From assembly GCF_902713615.1 (NCBI RefSeq), contig NC_052147.1:199603764-199667763 (forward strand): DNA of 64,000 bases, given 5' to 3'. Made by a program: the position numbers and the translations under genes. Origin of the DNA: Scyliorhinus canicula (lineage: Eukaryota). Below are positions 52,401-64,000 of the stretch, in pieces. Under the pieces are notes generated by a model. It did no database searches. It had not been told where the DNA came from and was given only the letters and a program-made list of their open reading frames with translations. How positions within the stretch are numbered: position 1 is the stretch's first letter; every line of letters begins with the position of its first letter.

Positions 52401-55400
52401 CAGTAGCCGTGACTTATGCCGCCATTTATTTGTAGTTCCATTCCCCGTCACATTGTATGGGATAGCTAAAGTGAAGCAACGTTAGTTATCGGAATGTTAC
52501 ATCGGGAGGCATTACTGCAGTCGTTTGTACTTAGGCGAATGTTCAGCAGATATACATGGCTATGTAGGAAATTTGTGACATTTACAAAGCCACTTTAACA
52601 TTCCCGCCTGCATGTATTACTTATTTACGCACGAACAATTGATTATATCAATATGTTTATCAACACACAATGATAGGGGGTTATCGTATGAAGTATCGCT
52701 TATGTTCACACTGCACCAATCCCACGCCAAGTAAACAAAACAACATAATTGTACCAAGCGGGCCTCCATGATATACCATAAATGTTCGTTTCAATGTACT
52801 CAAATAAAATTATAAGTCTGTAAACCTGTATCATACGACCCCTAGTATGCCAAAAATACCCTCATAAAATATTACGACTGCACACACACGAGAATTAACA
52901 GCTATGAAATCTTTGAACTATAAAGTGTCCTGGTATGCAGCGGGGAAGATTGCAATATCAAACACAGTTATCATGAGGGTACACTCAACTCACGCAGAGC
53001 CTAGTTTTAGTAAAAGGAAGGTTATATTAATAGCAACTAGAAGGGGAACTGACTGATTAGTCTCCGAACGATACTTTAACGTTTAATAACGTAGTTATAA
53101 GCCGTTTATGGGAGAAATGTTACACACAATCCTCCTTAAATTAGTTCTAATGATGGAGATTAATTAAAATCTCGTAATGCATTTAAGCGCCAACATGGAA
53201 TGTGATTTGCTGGAAGGATTTTATATCAGACAAGCTTAATGAATATTAGATTTAAACAGGAACATGAAGCAACAGTGTTGCATTTGCATCGATTTGCAAT
53301 ATAACACGAAGCAACATTTCCGCTGCACACACATCACCAACAACATGTATATTGTTAAAATGAGGCAAACTATTGGAAAATCAGATCAAATCCCCCCCCC
53401 CCAAATAAATTATGCGAACAATTTTAAATCACTGTAGTCACTTCAAACGTTTGGATAAAACGGTGTGTTTCTTTGTTCATCTTGCCGTGTTAACTATTGC
53501 CCCCATGCTTTGATAGAGGCTCACACTTCCCCCATTACACTTCCCACTAGTGTAAACCGGTATGCTCCTGTGGCCATCAAAACCACCAGCCACTTGTACC
53601 TTCACTTTCACCTTGAATTCTTCACCATGCTTAGAACTCAGAATTAAAGGAGTCACCGCGTAGCGTGTGTCGGTAGTTTCGCCGTTCTTGTTTAGTTTAT
53701 CAGGCAAATGTAGAAAAGTTTGAAAGAAAGATTGAATATTCCACAAGCACCCGATTAAAGTGCACGTGGAGCTTTCGTCCGCCTAACTTTGTTTGCCATC
53801 AAACAAAACGTTGCCGATAACAAAACGTTTGCCCTAATTTCACACCGCCTGCAGATATTTGGAAAATATGTTTGGTCGCTGGACATTTCCAGTTGAATTG
53901 TATGAAAGCCGAATGATAATTCACAGGACCGCGCTTTCATTGTGCCCGACTACAAATTGCAAAGGACCAACAACGGAGTCCAACGTAATTAAATCACTTC
54001 ACTCCTTGTCACATTAAACAAGCTATTGTGATATTTGTTATCAGTAAACGGGTATCAACAAGCAATTGCCTCTATCGGAATATTAGCCTTCCTATGTTTT
54101 AAATTATATGCGTTCGTGTATTTCAATTGCGTTTAATCTGAATAAAAATCAGACCACATTATCATCCTATAAACAAGTAGAGAGGAAATATGTTTCCTGC
54201 AAACAGGTTTTCGGCACTTAGAATTACAATAGTAATAAAGAGCAAAATAAAAGTTCCTCACACAACTCCACTGAATGTATGGGACTGAATGGAAAATAGT
54301 TGACAAGTATGACCCGGACAGCATTGCCACGAAAAATTAAGACTCGCTTGGGCGATTAGCTCATGTTCTGAAATCTTCAGGCCAGATCGGAAACTTAAAG
54401 CAAAACTACCCATTTAATGCACATACTATTAATGACAAAGAAGCGGATATTAGTTCTAGTTACTGCGATCGGCCGCCTTGACAATTTAAAACTATGTTGC
54501 AGCAAGAAATTAAAGAGTATCACTTTCCATATTAGAATATTTCAAATTGCTGTAACTCTCGGGAAAAGAGGTATGCAAATTCTGCATGTTTAGTATGTCC
54601 AGCGGGCGGTGTCTTTGATTCCACTCAAATGGTTCGCCGAATATTGCCATCAAATATTCCTTGTTTCCACACCGGGAGAAAATGGGGTAGTTATTGATTT
54701 TCCTCCTCGAAGTCAGCTCTCCAGCCTACAGCATCCTTTTTCACTTCTACAGAGGGTAGGTATTTAACAGACAAGAAGAGTGTGAGCGGCGTTGCTTTGT
54801 CCAAATAAAACAGAAACGAATACTGTAGTTAAACATAGCGTCATTATCGAGGTGAAATATATACCCGGAAATATTATTTGACGGTGCAGTACAATTGCCT
54901 TCACGATCTTGTTAAATGTGTCTGGATTGTGGAGGCGCCCCAAAAGGAAAGCAGTACTGAGAAAGGGCTGATTTAGATATTGTGCTGCCATGTAAGCCGA
55001 CTGCATCGTCAGGATGTGAACAGAACTATTTAGGATTTTTCCATACAGCGCCTGTTTGATTTCGCAATTTCCACCCAGTTACATTGTTCAGCATAGTTTT
55101 TCTCAAATAGAGTGTGATGTATTCCCTCAGTTTCCTTTTCACATTCATAATGTTATTTGGTGGCTGTTACAGATAATACACCAGGTCTGATATGATCTTT
55201 GAGTTGGATGTCACAAAACCTTTGTAACCTCGGCGAATCTGACGAAAAGGCTAAGCGAATATACCGACTAACTGCTAATATAACGGCCATAGTAATGTCA
55301 TTGGAAGGTGAATTTTGCTCATTCTTTACTCTTTGCGACGAAAAAGTAACGCCTTAATCTTTAAAGAGAGCAATAAACCAAATACACTTACATTTGCAAT

Positions 55401-55570
55401 GAACTGACTTGTATTTAATTCCACACTTCGACATGATGTTCCAGATAAATGGCAGGAACAAAGATAACTTTATTGTTTGGAATACTTACATTATTTCGGT
55501 TTATTTTATATTCAACTCTGAAAGCCATTATCACAGCATTGCTGGCTGGGCTGCAGCTTGGTGCTACAGT

Positions 55571-55587
55571 GCGCCGCCGTGTGGCCA
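55571..55587 (-). promoter_or_regulatory. CTCF-binding motif between HoxD11 and HoxD10
   Basis: Minus strand TGGCCACACGGCGGCGC resembles the CTCF core; a GC-rich spot in AT-rich context. Confidence 0.55.
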
Positions 55588-56973
55588 TTTGCAGAGTTAA
55601 CTATCCCGGCAATGAATATCACTAAACTAGTTTCGCTGTTTAGACACTTTTTTTAATGAACCTAATCAAATTATATATGTCATGGCTATTTAAGTAAGAT
55701 ACGCAAACAGTAAAATCATACTTAGATCAGTATTGTGTATTACAAGGATACAGAGAATGTCTAGGTTTGCATCGGAAATTCTATTGAATCGTAAATTACA
55801 TTTTCACTCATTACCATGGAAACCGACATATTGGTGGGCGATTGGTATAGTGTTTGGACGTATGATGAACATTTTTGACTCGTTCAGCTTGCATGAGAAT
55901 GACCTATGTGGAAAGATGTTGCTCCTATCAACTAAGCATAGAAGAACAAAGGAGCCTTATTAATGTGCAAAAATACTTGGGCGAGTATTACTCAATGTGA
56001 CTTTTGGAGACGCACAAATACTCAGTTAAAATAGTCAGATCAAGGAAATACAATTTTCACATTGGACTGTTTGTGGCCTTTAGCATGTGCACTTTAGTAA
56101 CACATTATTGTTGTTGAAGTTTTTGTATTCCTTAAGGAGGGAAGCTGCAAGAACAACCCAGCAACCACCAGGCGCCTACGTCTTCAAAAAGGTTACAGGT
56201 GATGACCTTGACATTATAGAAGTTCAAAGACAACATTATAAGAATTCTCTTTTCAAACTATACCTCGGCATGCGTACGAAGAGAGTTACTTTGTCAGTAG
56301 CCCTGGTCTTCATTAAGTTCAACAAATTTATTTGACGTAACTTACGTGAGATGCAGATTTAAAAAAAATCAAATGGCAGACTTAATCAATTGAATTATTC
56401 TTGCGTCCGTGTTCCCGTTTAAAATCTATTGACTTTGATTTCTTTCGATTCTGCTGCTTGGTATGTAGTGCGGGAGCATTTCATAGGGACTAGAAGGTGT
56501 AATACGTCGCCATCAAGCTGGCTAGAGCAGTGAACTTTACGACGTTGTCTAGACAGTTCAAGGTTTTGTAAACAGCAATGCTATGCCATGCGGCACGGAA
56601 ACTTGGCAATTGGGTTTTCAAAAAAACTTTAACGTTTTGAGAAGTCGTATTTACTGTGTCACGGGAACATTGGGGTTGACTTCAAGTTATATATTGTTTA
56701 CACATTTATGTACTTGCTTCTGTAAAAAAAATCGTTTAATTATAACTATACGTTGACATCGCCTTTTCTCTCACCGTGCAATATAAACAGATTTGTCAAT
56801 TAATTTCCAGATGTAAATATGTTTAATCCAATTATTATTTTAAAATAAAAATAAATTGCAACTAACTGTCATGTTTATCGGCGAACCGCCAGGTCAACTT
56901 TCGACTTTTGCTTTTAAAACAGAAACATTTGTGGAGACGCATAATACATGAGCCAGGCAGTAATCTGTAATAT

Positions 56974-57060
56974 AAACAAAAAAATGCTGGAAATGCTCAG
57001 CAGATGAGACACCATCTGTTATACTTCAGATTTCCAACATCCGCATTACTTTGCCTTTTG
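56974..57060. mobile_element. Internally deleted copy of the same V-SINE/MER6-like element
   Basis: aaacaaaaaaatgctggaaatgctcagcag...ttcagatttccaacatccgcattactttgc shares both ends with 45890-46072. Confidence 0.65.
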
Positions 57061-57829
57061 CGCAGTAAATTGCAATGTTTGCATTGTGTTTGGGAGATAA
57101 ACAATATTTGTATCTTCCCAATCAATTGGTGACCCTAAATTTGGTTAACTTACTCAAATTGTTTATTCGTTTTAAAAAAAAATCTTTATTTATAAGATTT
57201 CTTAGAAGGTTTGTATTCATTTGAGACAAAAAAACACATTCTAACACATGCATTTATCATGAAATGTCAACTAGTTTGTAACCTTAAAACAGAATTAGCA
57301 TTGCAACAGCTTTAAACACCTAGCTACGATATGCTATTGTTAATGAATGAAATACAAGAGAAAAAGTAAAGTAATAAATATGCATTTCTTCTTTTCTCAA
57401 CTTGAACAAGAATGGTTAGTTTGGCTATGCAATGACTAAAACAGAAATAGAAAATGCTATATTATATGATTGACCTATTGCTGTGAACGAACGATTGCTC
57501 CATTCCAATCCTCAATTACCTCGGTTTATTGTTTAAAATGAGCACGCTGCTCCTTTATGCCATGAATCAATCCTCTTCCGTTGGAATTGAATAACACAAA
57601 TACTGAGGTAAGAATGTTTCCTAATTATCATTACGGCCACGTTTCCTGCACAACCGTGTCACCTTAAATTCGATTCTACGTCGATCGTATTAAGGGGCAG
57701 TCTGTTTCCACAGAAGAAAAACAAAGCTATTCCCTCACACTTATAAGTCACTCCTTCTGCAAATAAATATTGACTAAGGCAACAGAGAGTTGGCCGGAGA
57801 GAATCCACCAGAGTTAAGTTGTATCATAG

Positions 57830-58062
57830 TCACAGTAAGGGATTGCCAGTAAAAAAGTGCAGGCGGTCTCTGCTAAGTTTCTTTTCCTTCATTCTTCGGT
57901 TCTGGAACCAAATTTTGACTTGTCGATCGGTGAGGTTTAGCATTCTCGACAACTGCAAACGTTTTTCTTTGTTTATGTAAACATTGAAGAAAAATTCTCG
58001 TTCAAGTTCCCGGATCTGATATTTGGTATAAGGACATCTTTTCTTTCTGCATCGCAGGTTAG
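57830..58062 (-). CDS. HOXD11: Homeobox protein Hox-D11, exon 2 (homeodomain); full protein about 278 aa
   Basis: [72 protein letters not shown]. Acceptor cctccatcAG at 58064-58063. Confidence 0.96.
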
Positions 58063-58620
58063 CTGATGGAGGCACATTTGAAAATAAGGTTACAAAGTAT
58101 CATATACCAACACACATGTTCTTAATTCCTTGTACTTAAATTCGACACCAAATTATGAAAAAAAACTTCCTGATTCGACTTGCCCAGTACACCCTGAGAG
58201 TACTATTTATTTATTGATAACTTTTTTAAATGAATATGCTTATTACGTTTTCTTTTATATTTTCATTGCATTCATATTGAAACCGACAATCGCCGGGGAA
58301 ACTATCATAAGTAAAATGTCGTCTTGTTACTCTGAAAGAAAACGCATTTGCTTTGAACAGAAATAGTAAAAAAAAAACTCCGGTCGTATTGCAATGACGG
58401 CTTTGAAATCATTATAGAAAGTTAAAATCGACTATTCGTGATTTTGCATATTCAAAAAGCCCACCTGAACCGATTTCCCGTCGTAAACAACCTTTACAAC
58501 TTTAAAGCAGATCTTATAGGGTATATAAAATCCTTCGTCTGCTTATAAAATCTCACATAAAATCTGTGAGACAAAATGTGTTGGCCCTGTATTCTAACCC
58601 CGGGTTACTACTGCACCTAC

Positions 58621-59224
58621 TGGATAGGCTGTTTTTGTCGCCCACACTGTTACCGGAGGACTCCACGGTGCTCTTTTGCGTTGCACTCTCTTGCTCCTGG
58701 CCCGGAGAAACTTTCTCAGATGGGGTGATAGTCTGGCACGCCGACACGGACTTTTCGGTCAACTGTTCATAGTTAGAGGTGTCCGAAACCCCATAAGGCG
58801 TCTCAAAGAACTGGTCAAAGCCTTGCGGAAGTATTCCATTCCTGCCAACTGAAGTGTAGAAATTGCAAGCTGGATTTGAACTTCCACGCTGGCTGTATAC
58901 AGAATCATTTTTAAACAGAATCCCCGTCCTGCCCGGCGGTTGTATATATTCTCTGTGCATTATTTCTTCTGCAGAGCAATAAGGAGCATAATTGCTCCTA
59001 TAATGCCACTTGGTCGGACGTTCCAAACCGTAATCTCGGAACGCCACTTCACGGATAGGTTGAACCTGGGTTAAATTGGAGGAGTAAGGAAATGTCATTT
59101 GGCAAGAAGTGCTCTGCGGTAAAAATGTTGACACTGTGGAGAAATCTGGGGCTGAAACATAGTACGTGCAGTTAGGCAGATACATACTCGAGGCGCAGCT
59201 ACCAACGTCTTCAAACTCTGTCAT
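58621..59224 (-). CDS. HOXD11: Homeobox protein Hox-D11, exon 1
   Basis: [29 protein letters not shown]...[16 protein letters not shown]...[15 protein letters not shown]. Phase-1 donor CCA|GTAGGT at 58620; the donor choice is inferred from frame. Confidence 0.94.
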
Positions 59225-62200
59225 ATTTTGCTTTCGGAGTTGCGAGGCCGAATTATCAGGATTGATGATGTTAAACATGCTCCATCTATTCTACCCTAAA
59301 AGCGTATGAACAGGGTCGGCGAAAAAAAAATTGGAAACGCAAGCTGACGTGCAATTCATCTTGATTGATTCTTAGGGTAAACGAGTCATGTGATCCAATG
59401 TAGAAATTACCATAGATCAGTTTTGGTCATTAAGATCCATCCTTTGGAACTCCAAGGCAATACAGGCAAAATTAGCCTATCGGTTTTCAGGCTCTGCTAG
59501 GTAGCTGCGTTCGCCTCCCTGTGCCAAGGATTTGTCCTGTGACTAAGGATAAAGCAAACACAGTAACAAATAATTTAATTTACAGTCTGTCACAGACATC
59601 TTTCTATATTTGGAAACTTCAAAAACATCAGCGCTGTTTCATTAACTGTTGAGGTCATGAGCATTATATTGAACCATATTCTGCCAACAAGGCAGATTGC
59701 ACAACCTTATAGTTTAAAATGTAAAACTTTATTTTAATACGTGTATTAATACGAGTAAAAAAAGAGTCCCCCTCCATTTCGCAGTGGTGAACCGAATTAC
59801 AAGATACTGCCTGAACACCATTTCAAGGTCGGATTGACACGTTATCAGAAGTTTCCTTATATATCTCAGAGTAAAGAAATTAGATAGAATATATCTAGTA
59901 AAGGACGATAGTGACATTATTCACTTTTATTCAGAAGCTGGTGGTTTCCAACATTTCGCTTAGATTTATAAGACCGGCCTCTGGCATATCCTATAGCCAA
60001 GAATATACACACGATAAAATCATTCCCTACTTCTGAGCTTCATTATGTTGCAGCCCATAACAATTTTCTCCATTAATTATCCAGATATCATTATTTACAT
60101 CACGCAAATGAACCGTCCAATGATCGTGCGAGTTTAACATTATCTTCGACATAAATCGTAAGTATGCAAATTAGACAAGGGTTTGGAGTTTAGTGCCTCG
60201 AGAACTGCATCGCTACTCTTGTATTAACATCAGAATACGGCCGCACTACAATATTTCAATAATTACTAAAATACTGGGCTTGCTCGAGGCGTACAATTCC
60301 CATAGAAATTTCAAAAGCTCATATTTTTGATTTGCACAAATGATAAATTGCATGTGGAGATTCAGTGTGGCAAGTAAACATTGTGAGTTCAGAAGACTGA
60401 GAATTCAAACTAGCGCAGAGCCGAGTTATTCCGTCGCCTTCCCCATTGGCACAGCCTAATGTGTGTAGCCTAATTAAATAGGTCGATCTGCGGGGAGTGA
60501 GCTTCTTGTCTGAAAAGGACTCGAATCTGTAAATGTGAACCATCCTCGGCACCTTTAACTGAAGGGCAATCAAGCGAAAGGCAGTCCTAAGGGGCGGGGA
60601 GACGGAGCGGAGGCCGCTCCACAGAGAAAAAGAAAATCATATTTAATTATGGGGGGAATCTACTCATGTTTCAATTTGCTTTAATGCACTCATTAAATAT
60701 CGCTTGTCATTATCTCTGGTTACATTTATCCCGCAAGACCAAGCAGGCGGCAGCACTCTGATCAATATTTGTTTACTTTGGTCAGATTGAAATGCACAAA
60801 TGGTATTGTTCGTAACTACAAATTAGACAGAGATTCGGTACCATGAACTCGAATAATCTGATGATAACTCCCCAAGTCCCTCTTCTCTGAACGGAAACAT
60901 AATAAAAACGTAAATGTTGTTGAGTTTAAAAGTAACACTTGTTCGGTTGTAGAGTAATTTCCCCAAATATGGATCAGAGTGAAAGATTTGAAATCCACCA
61001 ATGTTTTGATTTTCGATCTGTTCGCTCCTTTCGCGCGCCAAGCTCGCATACTGGTTGCTAAAATGTGATACTCGGTTGTTGCCAGTAGAAAGTGTGTGGC
61101 CTGGTATTGTTTTAATTAAAGGGATCTAAAACAGTATTTGTTTATTTGTTATAAAATAATAATGATAACTCACCTCAAATTAAACCAAAATTTGGAACCT
61201 CCTCATGCAACACGGCCGAATGATCCAGTATGTCGCCCGTGCTCACGGATACAGCAGAATAAGCCACACTTAAATCTGGATAGCGTACCCAGCATTATCC
61301 AAACACAATCATTTCTTATAAGAAACATTTAGCTTATATATATACTGATCCATTTCAAATTTTCGTCTTCTTGAATGTAGTATATCATTTGTATAGTTAA
61401 TTAAAAACAAATATCGTTGCGTGTTCTACCCATACATTACGGAACTCGCTTAAGCATGCGTTGGTTATAATATGACTCGTTTTTCTGTATAATAGTAAAG
61501 CTCAAATGCATTGGCAAAAGGGCTCGATGTTATTTCCAAGCATTACCCGTTATGAAGATACGTACTAATTCAATCACATAACATTAGTATATGTTTTAAA
61601 AGGCCCGCTTCAATGCTGTGGCAATGGCTGTATATGGGAAGGGAATTAAAAGTGCCCTTTGTTCTCATCTCGTGTTCAAATGACCAATTGGGCCTGTATT
61701 CAATATTAAATGCGGACAAATATCTAACAAGTTGTTTAACATCGATGGGGCGGGGGTGTGGGAGCAAAGGCGGTTCTGCTGTGCCAAGGAAAGAGTTTTA
61801 TAGGATATAAGTTAGGATCATTATTCTCTTACATACATAGAGCAAAAGGCGACGGACGGGGAAAGTTTGGCTGCCGTATTTCTTTCCTACTCATTTCTTC
61901 AAATCAGCGACCTGTTCTTTCACGTTGCCCTTCACGTTGCGAAATATGAGCGTCTTCTTTGTTTTTTTGAACAACGCACGCATTAAGTATTTCGAATGTG
62001 AAAAAAACTCATTAGTCAAACAAAGTCCACGATCAGTTGGTATGTTAGACTTGTGCAATCCAAAAAGAGACACTAACTTGACCTTAACTTTGTTATGGCG
62101 CCCCCAGTATCTGGAGAACATGCACAGACTCTGTCTGGCAGCTCGACCCATAAAAGTGAGATGAAAAAGAGATTCCGAGCGGTTTCCACGTAATGTCGGA

Positions 62201-64000
62201 CAAATTTCCAAAGCTCTGGGTTATACTACTGCAAACACGACAGCTTTGATGCAACAATACATTTTGGTCTTAGTAATTTATTTTCGTCACAATTATCGAA
62301 CAAAATGAATGTAAAGAACATGCAGGCAGGATGTAGCACATTTATTTCCACAGGCGGTATACTATTTAAAGGGGGGGGGGGCGGTTCAGAAATTCAGCAC
62401 CATACTCAGGTCTCTCCATCCCCCAAACACAGCAGCAGCAATTGGAAAAGGAGTGCCTAAGCCATTTTCATCCCATATGTAATTCAATTAGAAAGTCAAC
62501 TTGCAATGCCGAAAAGCTGGGGTCTCTGTATATTTTAAATTAATGCTGGAAATAGAACTAGAAATGTCAACACGCTGATGACGGGAACATTTTCAACATC
62601 AGCGAATGCATAGCTTCATAGATTTAAAAACGAAACTTATATATTGATGAATGCGCATTAAAATGTTTAGGACCTTCTAGAGACCGGCTCGACATCCTTA
62701 ATTTCCGATGAATTGGCGGCTGTATTTGTTTCGCGTTATTTTCTAATGTGGCGCTTGCGGGCGTCCTTCTGATGTCTCGTGGAATCTCCCTCAGAACTAC
62801 CCTTCCATACTGCAGACCTACGTGGTGTTTTTATTAGATCATAGTGCTTCTAACAAGCTCACCAAAATCAATGGCTTCCAAGTCCACATTTACGCCAATT
62901 CTAACCAACTTTCGAACTAACGTAGCCGTTTTCATTGTATGTCTAAGTACATGCAATTTAATGCAAAAAGTTCAGAACACTGGTGCAATAGAATTTGATG
63001 AGAGCTGTCGTCACTTAAATACATATCTTACTTCTGGTGCAAATGGAACAGCCTTCATTTCAGAATAGCGTAGTTTAAGCGTTCTTTCACATAACACCTG
63101 CCTTTTTCAAATACACAATAGTCTCCACGGTAATAACGACTTTTCCGTCAATTTCCATCGACCAAGCATTGATGGAAAATGTAGTTCAGTGCAACGTCTG
63201 GGCTGCAGACATTTATTTCTCTGACCTGATACCAACAATCACAGGGACCAGGGGCATGGAAAGTCGCTTTCACGCTACCAAATTATTGAATGCCAACCTA
63301 GCATCAAAGTAATGTAATTAAAATAATTTAAAATGGATGTGCGCATTGTTTGCATCGTAAGTCGTATTTACATATCCCGCCTAAAAAAACATTCATTTTT
63401 GGTCTAATTCTCGATATACAGTTTATTTATTTTTTAAACTGGATATATTTAAGGCCTATTGCTAATGAACCCCACTTTCGGTACTTTCGGTAAAATGGCC
63501 AGAATGAAATCTCCATATACCATTAATCGGACCACATTTATTTGCGTTGATGTATTTCATTAAAGTTCCTTAAAGGGTCCATGAATCGCACGGTGCATGT
63601 TTAATTAATCGGAGTCCAGGCAAATGGCGGGGATAGAAGTAATGGCTGCTTCTGCCCACCCACGTCCTGATTTGCTGGAATGAGAAGCGCAGTGACTGCA
63701 ACTCATTCATTCTCGTTTACATCTTCTGCTAATGCCCAGACTCAAGTGCAAAGGCTTTCTCGACTGAGCCTCATTTTAATAAACATGATTTCTTCACGTC
63801 AAAATAAAACTTCCCACTATTAAGTTAGTTAAAAATCCGCCACGCTTGAAACCGTCAAGAAAATTGAACGAAGCGGGCATTGCCATAAAAAAGAAAGTGC
63901 AATAATAATTATCATGAGATTGATAGCACTTGACTCCATTATCTATAAGAAGAAATATTATTTCCAAAGTTCTGACCTGGTCCAAGAAATATATGTCCCA

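Noticed and set aside
59300-64000. Search for HoxD12 exon 2
   Set aside because: No homeobox (WFQNRR) was seen; the gene presumably lies beyond the window end.

Overview
This is eukaryotic DNA: the central part of a vertebrate HoxD cluster, with every Hox gene on the minus strand. From high to low coordinates the order is HoxD11, HoxD10, HoxD9, HoxD8, a gap with no intact group 7 or 6 gene, HoxD5, miR-10b and HoxD4, followed by probable non-coding 5' exons of HoxD3, whose CDS would lie beyond position 1. An intact HoxD5 in a D-type cluster and shark-type V-SINE/MER6-like repeats point to a cartilaginous fish; the species cannot be determined. All six genes have two coding exons joined by phase-1 GT-AG introns that give full in-frame proteins. 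Recognisable regulatory elements include the 5' and 3' HoxD4 DR5 RAREs, the Hox4 intronic homeodomain-site element, E-box/CCAAT promoters, CTCF-like sites and a near-perfect miR-196 site in the HoxD8 3' UTR. The most unusual observations are: (1) a perfect 53-bp copy of HoxD10 coding sequence inside its own intron, overlapping a candidate poison splice acceptor; (2) a chain of orphan promoters and non-coding (micro)exons across about 29 kb that could feed HoxD4, miR-10b and HoxD3; (3) a poly(A) signal positioned to switch the miR-196 site in or out; and (4) hairpin-type SINE relics just past the HoxD10 and HoxD11 poly(A) signals. Most short ORFs in the supplied track are spurious. All motif calls were made by eye.
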